Of a stretch of DNA of 64,000 nucleotides, positions 47,101 through 60,895 are shown piece after piece. The translations under genes were made by a program, and so were the position numbers. The DNA lies in NCBI GenBank assembly GCA_038087875.1, contig CM075991.1, positions 13,890,001 through 13,954,000 of the forward strand. The letters are read 5' to 3'. Source of the stretch: Malacoraja senta. Lineage: Eukaryota. Under the pieces are notes generated by a model. The model ran no database searches and was not told the origin of the DNA. It saw nothing but the letters and a program-made list of their open reading frames with translations. Within the stretch, counting starts at the first letter, position 1. The number at the start of each line of letters is the position of its first letter.

Positions 47101-49972
47101 TGTCTGTACGGAGTTTGTACCTTCTCCCTGTGACCACGTGGGTTTTCTCCGGGAGCTCCAATTTTCTCCCACACTCAAAGGACGTACAGGTTTGTAGGTT
47201 AAATGGCTTCAGTAAAAAATTGTTAATTTTCCCGAGAGTGTGTAGGATAGAGTTGGCGTACGGGGTGAACGATGGGCTGCGCTGAGTCAGTCGGCCAAAG
47301 ACCACGCTTTCCTGCTCTATCTCTAAAGTCTAAAGCCTAAAGCAGACTCGATGGGCTGAATGGCCTAATTCTGCTCTCATGTCTTCTGGTCCAATGTGGT
47401 TTAGGAAGTTCTTTTGTGGCAGAGATATGGCCGTTCAGACTCCCCCCCCCCCCCCCCCCCCCCACTCCCTGAAAGATAATAATACATATTAAAAAAGAAC
47501 TGCAGATGGTGATTTATACCATAGACACAAGATGCTGGAATACCTCAGCGGGTCAGGCAGCATCTCTGGAGAAAATGGATGGGTGACATTTCGGGTTAAG
47601 GCCCTTCTTCAGACTCCGTAAAAGATCTTTTCCTAAACCATTCTCAGCCACACCATAGACTATTACAAAGGCCTAATGTTCCCTTGCAAGCCTTTGTAAT
47701 TGGAGAATCACGCTCCACCCTCTCTCTGCCTCACATCAGATTGGTGATATATTACTGGTGAAGTTCAAGTTCCCACTTCCCTTTCAGAGGGGCCAGTTTC
47801 CCACCCTGCAGCTGCAGATAGTAACAGGCTTTCCCTGCCAAGTACCTGAGTGGGGAACAAATTCACCCTCGAAAACTCAACGCAGCCCAGGAAACACCCA
47901 CCAATTCCCACTGCTCAACAGGGCGGCATGGTGGTGGGGGTGGTGAACTAAAGGATGGGGGGGGTGATACCTACAATTGAAGAATAAGGTGAATAGGATT
48001 GATGGGAAAGCCAGCATGGACTCGTGTGGCTAAATGGCCTCACACTTCAAAGTAGACTAACATCAGTAAAACACCAGTGTGTAGGAATGAACTCCAGATG
48101 CTGGTTTAAACCGAGATAGACACAAAATGCTGGAGTAACTCAGCGGGACAGGCAGCATCTCTGGAGAGAAGGAATGGGTGACGTCTCTTCAGCACTGCCT
48201 CTCTGTGTCTATCTTCAGTAAAGAACCAGCACTGGTGAGACAAGCTGCAGCGAAAGCTAGACGGTTCCCAGAATCTAACGGGCTGCCTCCTACTGTTTTG
48301 AAAGATGTTGCTATGGAGACGGGCGATCACACTGGCTGTCCATCTTCTATAATTCCACACAATCTGGAACAGATCCTTCAAACTGAAAGTATCAAATGCA
48401 ACCCATCTATTGAGGGAAGGAGGAAGAGAAATGTGGACAAGGCTGCTTGTATCAGTGACAGGGAAATGCTGCAATCTATTATTATGGACAACAAGGCACT
48501 TGAAAAATAATGATAAGGTTGGGCAGAGTCAACGTCGATTTAGTAAAGGGAAATTACTGGCAGGATTTTTTTTTATCCAGAGCCTGGCGGTCGTTATTCA
48601 TAGTAAATGGGCTGCGCAGTAACGCAGCAGGTAGAGCTGCTGCCTCCACAGCGCCAGATACCAGGGTTCAGTCTTAACCTCGGGTGCTGTCTGTGTGGAG
48701 TTTGCACCTTCTCCCCCGTGACCCGTGTGGGTTCCGGTTTCCCCCCCACATCCCAAAGACCGTGCGGGGTTGTAGGTTAATACGGCCTCTTTAAATACAA
48801 ATTGTCTCCCAACATGTAGGGTGTGGATGAGAAAGTGGGATAACGTCGAATTAGTGTGATGGTCGGCAATGAACTCGATGGGCCGAAAGGCCTGTTTCCA
48901 TGTTGTATCTCTAAAGATATTTAGCTATTTACAAAGTGGCACAGCGGTAGAGTTGCTGCCTCACAGCACCAGAGACCTGGGTTCGATACTGACTACGGGT
49001 GCTGTCTGCACGGAGTTTGTATGTTCTCCCCGTGACCTGCGTGGTTTTCTCCTGGTGCTCCGGTTTCCCCCCACGTTTCAAAGACGTGCGGGAATTGTAG
49101 ATTAATTGGCTTATGTATTTGTCCCGAGTGCGTGGCATAGAACTAGTATTCGGGTGATCAATGGTAGATAAAAATGCAGGAGAAACTCAGCGGTGAGGCA
49201 GCGTCTATGAGCGAAGGAACAGGTGACGTTTCGGGTCGAGACGGTCGGCGTGGAATCATGGGTCATTGGGCCTGTTCTGCGCTGTATCTCATGTTCATTA
49301 GTTATAGGAGCAGAATTAGGCCATTCGGCCCATTGTCCACTCCGCCTTTCAATCCTGGCTGATCTATCTTGCCCTCCTCAATCCCCATTCTCCTGCCAAG
49401 AATCTGTCAGTCTAGAAACTAAAAAAAACTAGAACCAGGAGCAATGGTGTAATCCAGCTGCTCTTTACAGCCTGGTTGCTTCTCAGCCCGCAGAATTCTT
49501 CTGGGACCCTTCGTTGCCAGAGTGCCTGGCTCCTCTCTCACACTGACCACTCCACATCTGAAATATATTACATAGAGAAGAGGTGCAGGAGTGGCCATTC
49601 GGCCCCTTTGAGCCAGCACGCCATTCGATATGATCATGGCTGATCATCCAAAATCTGTACCCCTTTCCTGCTTTCTCACCATATTCCTTGATTCTGTTCG
49701 CCCTAAGAACTATATCTAACTCTCTCTCATGAATACATCATATTGTGGGTAAACTGCACAGTTGTAGTCCCACTTCCCCTTTGGAAGCCAATGCTCAGCT
49801 GTAGATCTGGGCTGCAGTAACTATTGCTCCCACCGGTATCTATATGGAATAGGATTCTTCCCCCCTGAAAAGCAGCCAAGGAAACGCCCGTGAATTCCCT
49901 CTGCAACATAAATGGAAAGCTCCTGATATTTTTGATGGGCTACGTTAAAAGGTGCGGAACCGCCAAACGGAA

Positions 49973-50515
49973 TGTGGGCCCCCCATATCTGAGGGAAGGA
50001 TGTTGCTGGCTCTGGAGAGGGTCCAGAGGAGGTTTACAAGAATGATTCCAGGAATGAGTGGGTTAGCATATGATGAGTGTTTGACAGCTCTGGGCCTCTA
50101 TTCGCTGGAGTTTAGAAGGTTGAGGGGGGACCTCATTGAAACTTACACAATAATGAAAGGCAAAGATGGAGTGGATGTGGAGAGGATGTTTCCACTGGTG
50201 GGAGAGTCTAGGACCAGAGGTCATAGCCTCAGAAATAAAGGATTTTCCTTTAGGAAGGAGATGATGAGGAGGAATTTCTTTTGTCAGAGGGTGGTGAATC
50301 TGTGGAATGCTTTGCCACAGAAGGCTGTGGAAGATGTCAATTGATATTTTTAAGGCAGAGATAGATAGGTTCTTGATTAGTATGAGTGTCAGGGGTTATG
50401 GGGAGAAGGCAGGAGAATGGGATTAGGAGGCAGAGACAGATCAGCCATGATTGAATGGCAGAGTAGACTTGATGGGCCAAATGGTCTAATTCTGCTCCTA
50501 TCACTTATGACCTTA
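49973..50515 (+). mobile_element. CR1 LINE 3' fragment
   Basis: LERVQRRFTRMIPG…RRLRGDLIETY…QRVVNLWN, with a (cttatga) tail. Confidence 0.88.
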
Positions 50516-52560
50516 TTAAGTCGCTGGTCTCAGCTGAGAGTCCAGCAGCAGGTTCAGAGGTCAGAGACCTGACCCCCACCCATTTACAACAGCTCATCTC
50601 GAACCTCTCTCCTTGACCACAAGTCTGCGCAGACCCAAGTTTTGTTGACCAGTTCCCTCTGAACAAGCCAGCTTACAAAGGATCCAGGCCCGAAAGGTCA
50701 CCTCTCCATGTTCTCCACAGATGCTACCTGGTCCGCTGAGTTACACCAGCACTTTTTGTCCTGATTAGTAAATCAGCATCTGCAGTTCCTTGTTTCTACA
50801 CCCAGGTTTGTAGGGTAATTGCAGAGCTGCCCCAACTCTCACGCATTGAGCGTGAGAATCACGCATTGAGCGTGAGAATCACGCATTTCGCCAAATTCTC
50901 ATGCTCTCACGCTGATCACAGAATTTCTCACGCTCTGTCGTGAGAAATTCTGTGATCAACGAGAATTTCAAAACTAATATCAACTGCATGGGCCGCGGGT
51001 GTTGGAGAGCCAGGGTGGAGGGAGGGATGGAAGCAGAAGCAGCGACGGGGACAGATGCGGACTGGGAGCCGGGGCTGGTGAGTGTTTGCCGGACTGGCGA
51101 GTGTTTGCCGGACTGGCGAGTGTTTGCCGGGCTGGCAGTCGCTCGCTGCAGGTCCGGCCATGGAGCAGCCTCAGTGCACGAGTCTAGGTGTTCGTCAGAA
51201 GCGTTGCACCGCTGCAGTGAGAGTCTCTGTGCCGAATTCGCCCTGGTGCATCCTGGAGAAACACCAGTGGCTGCTGGAAGTAGGTACCAAGCACTGGGTA
51301 GAAGCAGTGGAAGATAGTGCCTTCAAATGGGGGTGGTTGGAGAAAGCATCCTGCTTGCCTGCTAGATTTTCACTTACTGTAACTGCAGGAAAATTGTTCC
51401 GATGTTGGGAAGTTCAGAACCAGGGGTCACACAGTTTAAGAATAAAGGGTAGGCCAGTTAGGAACTGAGATGAGGACAAATTTTCTTCACCTGGAAAGTT
51501 GTGAATCTGTGGGAATTCTCTGCCACAGAAGTCAGTGGAGGCCAATTCACTGGATGTTTTCAAGAGAGAGTTACATTTAGTTCTTAGGGCTAGCGAAATC
51601 AAGGATATGGGGAAAAAACAGGAAAGGTACTGATTTTAGATGAACAGCCATGATCATATTGAATGGCAGTGCAGGCTCGAAGGGCCGAATGGCCTATTTT
51701 TGCACCTATTTTCTATGTTTCTATGCTTGAGTATATGGCAATAAAACTCGACCACTTGATTTTGAAACATTCATGCATGGTGGAGGTATAATGTAGTCCT
51801 AGAGTGATACAGTGTGAAAACAGGCCCTTCGGCCCAACTTGCCCACACCACCAACATGTCCCAGCTACACTACCTGCTTTTGGTCCATATCCCTCCAAAT
51901 CTGTTCTATCCATGCATCAGTCTAACTGTTTCTTAAATGTTGGTATAGGCCCTGCCTCAACTACCTCCTCTGGTAGCTTGTTCCATACACACCCCACCAC
52001 CCTTTGGGTGGAAAAAGTTACCCCTTAAAAATACTTCTAACAAAAACATTGAAATCATACTTCTATAATGCACTAAAACATGGGAGGGGGGGGGGGGGGC
52101 ACCCCCCTTCCACACCCTCCCCCCACTCGGTCATTCCACTCCGTCGCCGGGCACCCTCAAGGCCAGTGATCAGTGATCGCTCAGCCTCTCCACTTTAAAA
52201 AACGCTCTGCGGCCCCTGGTTCAGGACGGAGAGCACTGCCAGATGTGAGCGGGAACTGAGGCCAGTTGTCCGTGATGTCTGGATCCCAATGCTCGGCTCT
52301 TCGTGTTTCGGAGTTGGCTAATGTTATTGATTTGTAATTAGCCTGAATTGTAATTAGTTGACAAAACCTTAATTTATTAATCCGAAATATCCATGAGATG
52401 GGATAAGTGTAATATTAAATTGACATGCAAGGTGTCAGGCTGTCTGTCACAACATACAGCCCCGATAACCCATTATTTCCTTCAGTTAAATATTGGGAAG
52501 GTAGCACTATTGTCATTTGCCACTCAACTATACGTTTGTTTACCCTCACTGACTATTTCT

Positions 52561-53872
52561 CTTTTTTTTTAATATATATTTTATTAGAAGCAATTGTACA
52601 AAAAAACTTGACAGTTCTACAACTCCAGCACAGCATCAATTTTAACATTTAACAAACTGAACATGAAGTTGAAAAGAGAAGAGAAAGGAAAGAGAAAAAT
52701 GAAAGAAGAAAAAAGAGGAGATATGTCCGTCGACCCCACCCCATGTGCCCGCCCACCCAGCCTCACAATCAATTTTGAATTTGTGTTCAACCATTGTATT
52801 GCTCAAGAAATTCAATAAAAGGAGACCATATTTTTAAACATTGTTCCGGTTTGTCATTCAAGACAAACCTAATCCTTTCTAGATGTAGTGTATCTGTCAT
52901 TCCGTAATCCACATCTTCACTGAGGGGACTGCTGTCTTTTTCCAGAATTTAAGTATACGTTTTTTTGCTGATATTAGACCGTAATCGAGAAAGCGTCTTT
53001 GAGAAACCGTTAGATTGCTACAAGCCTCTGATATTCCCAGTATTATCAATGTTGGGTCTGGCTATAATGGGATTTTCAGTGTTTTGGAGGTGACGCTGAA
53101 TACTTCCGTCCAGAAACGTTCTATTTTTGTACACAGTACAAAACTGTGGGTTAAGGTGGCTTCTTGAGATTGACATTTATCGCAAAGAAGGGAAACACTG
53201 GGGAAAATCTTGCTCAATTTGGTCTTTGAGTAATATAGCCTGTACAGCACTTTGAACTGTATCAGGCAGTGTCTGGCATTTAAGGAGCAATAGTGGATGT
53301 ATTGTCGGCTTTCGTCCCATATATCCTTGGAGATGTGTTGACCCATCTCGTCCTCCCATGAACGCCTATAAACCTCAGATGAAGGGGTGTCGATGTTTTG
53401 GAGGGCATTGTAAATGTGGGATATCAACTTCAATGTATCTGCATGTCTATTCAAACACTCATTGAGTTTATCTGGACCTGCAGAGAAGCAGTCTTGCCTG
53501 TATGTTCTCACGTAGTCCCTAACTTGGGGGTATCTGAAAAAATTATTAGTGTTCAGATCGTATTTTCTCCGGCATTTCTTGAAAGGAGGAAAGAGTCCCC
53601 TTCTGATAAAGGTCTCCCACAGTATTGATTCCCTTGTTCTTCCATTGAACAAAAACACCATCTAGAGCAGAGGGTTTAAAAGAGGGATTGTTTGCAATAG
53701 GAAGAAGGAGAGACATGTCTCTCAATTTGAGACTGAGCTTCAACTGTTTCCAGATACGAATAGTACTATGTATTATAGGGTTATGCTCATACGTTGACTT
53801 ATTCAGGGATATTGGAGACAGGACAATCGAGCCTACGCAGAACGGCAAGCAATCTTCTCTTTCCATTTTTAG
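52561..53872 (-). mobile_element. L1-clade LINE ORF2 C-terminal fragment with 3' UTR and poly(A)
   Basis: ORFs 53546..53866 and 53062..53661 contain IQFKVLYRLYYSKTKLSKIFP…CDKCQSQEATLTHSFVLC (CCHC zinc knuckle). AATAAA and an A-tail lie near 52562-52585 on the minus strand. Confidence 0.85.
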
Positions 53873-55638
53873 CTAGTTTGCCTGACTATTTCTAACCCCC
53901 CCCCCCCCAATTCCTTTGACAGGTTGAATAGAAATGTCCCCAATCTCATTGTTTTATTAGTTGAACAAGTAGATGAACCCTCAAGGAGTGTAATCAGATG
54001 GAAACTGATTCAGATGCGATGTTTAAGAGCTTGTTCAAAGAAGGTGCATATTTTAAAGGAGTGACAGAGATACTTGCAGGGGAATGTGTGAGGAGGTTAT
54101 TATTTGTCTTTAGATTTAGCTTGAACCAGGACATCTGAAGATTCAAAGTTTAATATAGTAATTGTGCTGATACTGACTCCATCCAGCCACATAATGAATA
54201 TCATCCATTCCGGAGGTTTTATTTTTCTGATGCCATTTAAACTTCACTTGGATTTCAATCACTTCAATGTAAAAGTAGTTGGGAATGGGAAGCATTGGAA
54301 CAAAAATTTGCCCTCGGTACATATTAACTGTAATATAATAATGTATGCATGTTGGTAGGTGCAATCAAAAACAATGATCTTTTTATCATTGTTGTGTAAT
54401 GAATACCACAGAAAAGATTATGTACTCTCAAGACCACATTAAATAGAATATTATTGCTTAAATATATAGTTATTGGACTTTGCATTTCGGAAAAGTCCCA
54501 GCTGAGAGGAAGACAGCAAATTACTGAAAATATTGAGGGTGAAAACGACTTCAGCAGTTTGTTAGGAAAATGAAGGAAATGGTAACAGAATACATACAGC
54601 TGAGTGAGTATAATTTTATGGATGAGAAATTATGTTCAACCAATTGATGACTTCTTTGCCAAAGTAACTAGCATGCTAGATAACAAGGAAGCCAATGGAT
54701 GTAGCAAATTTTGTTATACAAAATTTGATCTGTGAATTGCCCCATAAAAGATCACCGCATTAGATAAGCACCTGTGGACTTGAATGTAATAGGTTAAGCC
54801 CAGGGGGTCAGATATGGGGCTTTATGTGTGGGCCAGATATATTGTCAGTGCAGAGGGGCTAGGAGCAAGGCCAAGTGTGCATCCAGAGTCAAGGTCTGGA
54901 ATAGTACTAGATGTGCTGTCGAATCTGGGACAATGGGAGTGTCAAGCACTGGGAACCTAAGCAGGTAAGCAGCTATGATCAGGGTAGAATAGGGGGGCAG
55001 GTGTATGGCTGGACTCAGGGCCAGAAATGAGAGAAGGTATGCAACTGGAGTCAGGGTCAGGAGTAGTACCAGGTGTGCAGTGAGACCCAGGTTGGTCAAC
55101 ATGGGCCAAGTGCTTGATTATAATCTGATTTCCGTACATGAATACACTAGGATCATTCATGTGCTGCACCTGTTGATCAGAGCCTGGCTCTACTGTGGAA
55201 TGTAATTAGGAATGTAATTTAGCCTAACCTTATTCATAGCTAATCCAATTTAAAGCATAAATATTGCATTCAAGTTGGCAGTCCTGTAATTGGCCTCTGT
55301 AAAACTACCCCTAATGTGTAGGGAGAGGATGAGAAAGTGGAATAAATAGAACTCGAGTTACTCCAGCATCTCTGTGTCTGTTCAAGGCAAGCACATGGAC
55401 TCACTAACAACATTCTAAAACAGCTGTGGCAACCAGTTACTCGAGGAACTGCAGATGCCTGTTTACCAAAGAAAAACACAAAGTGCTGGAGTAACCAGGC
55501 AGGTCAGGCAGCATCTCTGGAGAACATGGATAGATGGCGTTTGTGGTCTTCAGAATATGGACAGGCAACATTTAAGTACGGGGCCTTTCTTCTGACCCGA
55601 AACATCACCGATACATATCCTTTAATGCTGCTGCCTGA

Positions 55639-56123
55639 TGGGCCTGTCCCACTTAGGTGACTTTTTAGGCGACTGCAGGAGACTATTCGGTCGCCACATG
55701 TTCGCGGGTGGTTGCCGGGAAGTCGCCTTCATGGTCGTGAGGAGTTCCCGCATTCTGGGAACTAGTCGCGGCCTCATTATGGTCGCTGCGAACTTTTCAA
55801 CGTTTGAAAAATTAGCGGCAACTAGAATGAAGCCGCTTTGGAGAGTAGCGAGAATTCTCGAGTCGTTACAGCGCCAACCTTCCTGTTCATCGCGGAGTGT
55901 GTCTGTTTCACCTTGGCTTTGCACCATGTACATTTTTTAAACAGCGCCCCCCCCCCCCCCGCTTGCCCTGTCTCCCGCCTGCATAAAGGGCTGGTGAAGG
56001 AAGGAAGGGGTGTGTGCGTGTACGTGTCCGTGTGCGTGTTCCACTCTGACAGTCGCTGTTCCAGTTGCCGGTTTTTCAGTCGCCGGCAGCCCGATGAAAA
56101 ATCGCCTAAGTGGGACAGGCCCA
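55639..56123. mobile_element. PIF/Harbinger-like MITE
   Basis: TIR TGGGCCTGTCCCACTTAGG…CCTAAGTGGGACAGGCCCA, TSD TGA. Confidence 0.88.
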
Positions 56124-58253
56124 TGACCCGCGGAGTTGCTCCAGCACTTTGTGTCTTTATTTTAGTTTTTGGTAGCAACTTGCTGACTGACTGAGCAAAA
56201 TATACTGACAATAGACAATAGACAATAGGTGCAGGAGTAGGCCATTTGGCCCTTCGAGCCAGCACCGCCATTCAATGTGATCATGGCTGATCATCCCCAA
56301 TCAGTACCCCCGTCCCTGCCTTCTCCCATAAACCCTTGACTCCGCTATTTTTAAGAGCCCTATCTAGCTCTCTCTTGAAAGCATCCAGAGAACCTGCCTC
56401 CACCGCCCTCTGAGGCAGAGAATTCCACAGACTCACCACTCTCTGCGAGAAAAAGTGTTTCCTCGTCTCCGTTCTGCTGGTGCGTTTACAATTGTACGAG
56501 TCACGAACACAGCGATTAGGATGATTTGTTTGGCAATGTACTTTGGGTTGGTTTAGTAAGACTGTACAGGGATAAAAGGACTCGTGACTGTGGCAGTTTA
56601 GCCTGGTTAGGCGTGGCAACCTTCAGCTGTATATTCAATAGCAACAAGTCATTGACTTGGAGAGCCAGTGAACAGGCGGGCCAGTCCTGTGATTCTAACC
56701 GCAAGGCTGCTGAACAGTACTGACCGACTTACAAACAAAGTTCTGGCAAAGCTCAGCACCCGAGGAAAGAGGAACGGCATTAACTTTTTCACGTCCAAAA
56801 CCAAGGTCCTTTAACCTGAACTTTAGCTGCGTTTCTCTCTCCATTGACGCTGCCTGACGTGCTGAAGGTTTTCTGTTTTTATTTCAGATTTCTGGCATCT
56901 TTAGACTTTAGAGATACAGCGCGGAAACAGGCCCTTCGGCCCACCAAGCCTGCGCCAACCGTACACCAAAACTATCCCCGTACACCAAAACTATCCCTAC
57001 ACACACTGGGGACAATTAGACAACGTTACCAAAGACAATCAACCTGCAAACCTGCACGTCTTTGGAGTGCGGGAGGAAACCGGAGCGCCCGGAGAAAACC
57101 CACACGGTCACGGGGAGAACGTACAAATTCCGTACAGCCAGCACCCGTAGTCTGGATTGAACTCGGGTCTCTGGTGCAACTCTTCCGCTGCGCCACCGTG
57201 ACGCGCTCAGTCTGCAGTTTGTAGAAGGGTCTTGGCCCGAAACGTCGTCTATCCATGTTATCCGCAGATGCTGCCTGCCACACTGAGCTATTCCTGCACT
57301 CCGTTATGACAATGAAATTCCTCTACCACTGAGCCTCTGTGCTGCCTTTGTAGTTTACTTTTTAAATCTTCTCTGCCAACTGACTGAGAGCCAACGAAAG
57401 GGGAAAGGTCTCGCGCAAGATCATCATAAGATCATAAGTGATAGGAGCAGATTTAGGCCAATCGGCCCATCAAGTCTATTCCGCAATTCAATCATGGCTG
57501 GTCTATCTCTCCTCCTATCCCCATTCTCCTGCCTTCTCCCCATAACCTCGGACACCCGAACTAATCAAGAATCTATCGATCTCGGCCTTGAATATATCCA
57601 CTGACTTGGCTTCCACAGCCTTCTGTGGCAAAGAATTCCACAGATTCACCACCCACTGACTAACGAAATTCCTCCTCACCTCCTTCCTAAACCCACATCC
57701 TTTAATTCTGAGGCTGTGAGCTCTAGTCCTAGACTCTCCCACTAGAGTAGGCCCAGGGTTCACCGTGGGAGAAACCTTGCCCTTACTTGATATCCTTCAT
57801 TGGTCAGAGGCGCTAACGCCACCACACCGGTCCTCCCACAATGGGGGTGAGCGATCCTCTCAACCTGCAGACCATGTTGTGGAGACGTCACACTTGGCCT
57901 TGTGGAGGCAGTTCCAGGATTTGTCCCAGGAAGTACCAATGATGCATTTCCAAGTTCAGATGCCGTGCAACTTCATAGAGTCATACAGCCAGGCAACAGC
58001 ACCGGAGACCTCCACTGCATCAAAAGCCAGCATTTTGGGGTTTGGTCTAGCCCACGTGTCAATGATTTGAGAGATCACTGACATCCCAGTATCCTCATCC
58101 ACACACCCATAAGGATGCAACAATTTATTTTAGATTCGAGATACAACGCGGAAACAGGACTTTAACAGTATCCTCACTCCGCACACTAACACTATCCTAC
58201 ACACACACTGGGGACAAATTACAATTGTACCAAGCCAATTAACCTACAAACAA

Positions 58254-58640
58254 AGGGATCTCATTGAAACATACAGAATAGTGAAAGGCTTGGATAGAAT
58301 GGATGTGGAGAGAATGTTTCCACTAGTGGGAGAGTCTAGGACTAGAGGTCATAGCCTCAGAATTAAAGGATGTTCTTTTAGGAAGGAGATGAGGAGGAAT
58401 TTCTTTAGTCAGAGGGTGGCGAATTTGTGGAATTCTTTGCCACAGAAGGCTGTAGAGGCCAAGTCAGTGGATATTTTTAAGGCAGAGATGGATTGATTCT
58501 TGATTAGTACAGCTGTCAGAGTTTATGGGAGAAGGTGGGAGAATGGGGTTAGGAGAGAGATAGATCAGCCATGATTGAATGGCTGAGTAGACTTGATGGG
58601 CCGAATGGTCTAATTCTACTATTCCTTATGACCTTATGAC
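58254..58640 (+). mobile_element. CR1 LINE 3' fragment
   Basis: ORF 58281..58496 and a ccttatgaccttatga tail. Confidence 0.85.
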
Positions 58641-60147
58641 CATTGCAATGCGTTGATAGGCATCAAGCTCGGCATGGATGAGGTGGGCAAGAGGACTTGT
58701 TTGAGTGCCGTTTAGCTCCACGCTGCTGTTGCGTTCTGGGAAGAGTGGATTGTTCTTGGCACACGCTAGATTGAAAAGATGAACCTGGATCAGTCCTTAC
58801 ATTTCTGACGGTGAGAATTTCCAAATCCCCTCTACTGGGTGTCAGCATCTTCCCTTCTCACTCTTCCATCCATTGGGAATGGAGACACCACACAACCCAA
58901 CCTAACTAAGATGGCGGTGGTGGGAGAAGAAGGAAGGGATCGGTGCCCGTGAGCGGGCAGTGGGAACTACATCCGCCCTCTCGTTAGGAGTTCCGAGGTC
59001 GGCCCTCTGGCGCACCGAGGCAGGGAGGCGGTGGGGGAAAGGAGGACGATACGTCCGTGGGTCGGGGTGTGGGTGGAGTAGAGTGGGCCTGTACGCGTGC
59101 GGCCTGCAGGTCACTGACAGCATCGCCAGGCCAGGCCGACCCCTGGACTCTGACCCAGGGCCATCACCAGGGCAACGGGCCTTCAAGGCCAAGACAAGAC
59201 GTAATCATTTTAAGAATGTGATACTTGAAAAGTACAAGTTGGCACCAGAAACATGGCAACACTTTGTGTACCCTCAGAAGAAATCTACTGTTTTTGTACT
59301 ATAATCGTTGCCATGACAATAAACTAAACTAATTCCTGTATTTATGTATGATTGCATCAGATTTATGTAGAATATGATTTAACTGGATCGCACGCAAAGC
59401 AAAGAATGTCACTGTATCTAGGTCCATTAGTTTAGTTAGAGATACAGTACAGAAAGAAACAGGCCCTTCGGCCCACCGAGTCCATGCCAACCATTGATCA
59501 CCCATTCACACTAGTTACCCCACTGCACACTAGGGGGCAATTTTACAGAGGACCAATTAACAAACAAATCCACATGTCTTTGGGATGTGGAAGGGATCCG
59601 GAGCACCCGGAGGAAAGCCTCGCGGTCAAAGGGAGTACGTGCAAACTCCACAAAGACAGCTCCCGCAGTCAGGATTGAAAGCGGGCATAGGGAAATGCAG
59701 GGAACCAACGCTATCAGCTGCTCGTGTGGTAATAAAGTATCTTTGAACCATTAAAACAGTTAATATGTGCAAGAGTAGGGCATTCAGCCCTTCCAGCCAG
59801 CACCGCCATTCAATATGATCATGGCTGATCATCCAAGATCAGTACCCCGTTCCAGCTTTCTCCCCATATCCCTTGATTCTGTTAGCCGTAAGAGCTATAT
59901 CTAACTCACTCTTGAATACATCCAGATTCACCACTCTCTGGGTGAAAAAGTTTAATTGAATTAGTTGAAGTTAATGCCCTCCCATCCTCTGGGAGTGGGT
60001 AGGTCTGCTGAGCCTGGACACCCAATGTCTTGCTCTCTGGTAGTGGACATCTTCTGCCTGTTGATATATTCTGCCCATAGTTGACCCAGCCTCCTGAGGG
60101 CTCTTCCTCATCTGTCCAGGTCACCACAATATAATGGCTTCAAACTA

Positions 60148-60895
60148 CAGGCGGCACCCAAAGGCAGCGGTAGAGTTGCTGCCTTACAGCGCCAGAGACC
60201 CGGGTTCGATCCTGACTACGGGTGCTGTTGTTTGTACGTTCTCCCCGCGACCTGCGTGTTTTTTCCGGATGCTCCGGTTTCCTCCCACGCTTCAAGTAAC
60301 GCACAGGTTTCTAGGTTAATTGGTATCTTGATATGATTGTAAAAATAGCCACCTAGTGTGTGTAAGATAGTGTTAGAGCGCGGAGATCGCTGGTCGGCCC
60401 GGACTCGGTGGGCCGAAGGGCCTGTTTCCACACTGTATCTCTAAACTGAACTAAACTAAACTACAGTTTTGTCAGCCACAGGGAAATGGAGCCTGCGGCA
60501 AGAATGTTGTGGCCCTCCCTGTACGCTGTATGTGTACACACAGATCTCCACAAACAATGTGAACCCAACAGCAGGAGCGAAGCAGTTGCTTTAGTTTAGT
60601 TTAGAGGGCGGCACAGTTGTGCAGAGGTAGTAGCTGCTGCCAGAATCCTGGGTTCAATCCCGACTACGGGTGCTGTCAGTACGGGGTTTGTACGTTCTCC
60701 CCGTGACCACGTGGGTTTTCTCCAGGTGCTCCGGTTTCCTCCCACATCACAAAGACTTGCAAGTTTGCAGGTTAATTGGCCTCTGTTAATCGTAAACTGT
60801 CCCGAGCGTGTTGGATAATGCTAGTGTGCAAGGTTATCACTGATCAGTGCGGACTCGGTGGGCCGAAGGGCCTGTTTCCACGCTGTATCTCTAAA
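60148..60895 (+). mobile_element. Two HE1/V-SINE-like SINEs
   Basis: Copies at ~60148-60462 and ~60605-60895. Confidence 0.82.

Noticed and set aside
49465..49557. Acceptor-like tttcag followed by open sequence
   Set aside because: No TACC similarity and no strong donor.
49901..49966. ~65-bp match to 61907-61982
   Set aside because: Most simply two fragments of an old dispersed repeat, with no structure suggesting function.
54620..54790. Apparently unique AT-rich region as a conserved element
   Set aside because: It resembles a heavily decayed CR1 reverse transcriptase segment (VDV…FD…PHKRL).
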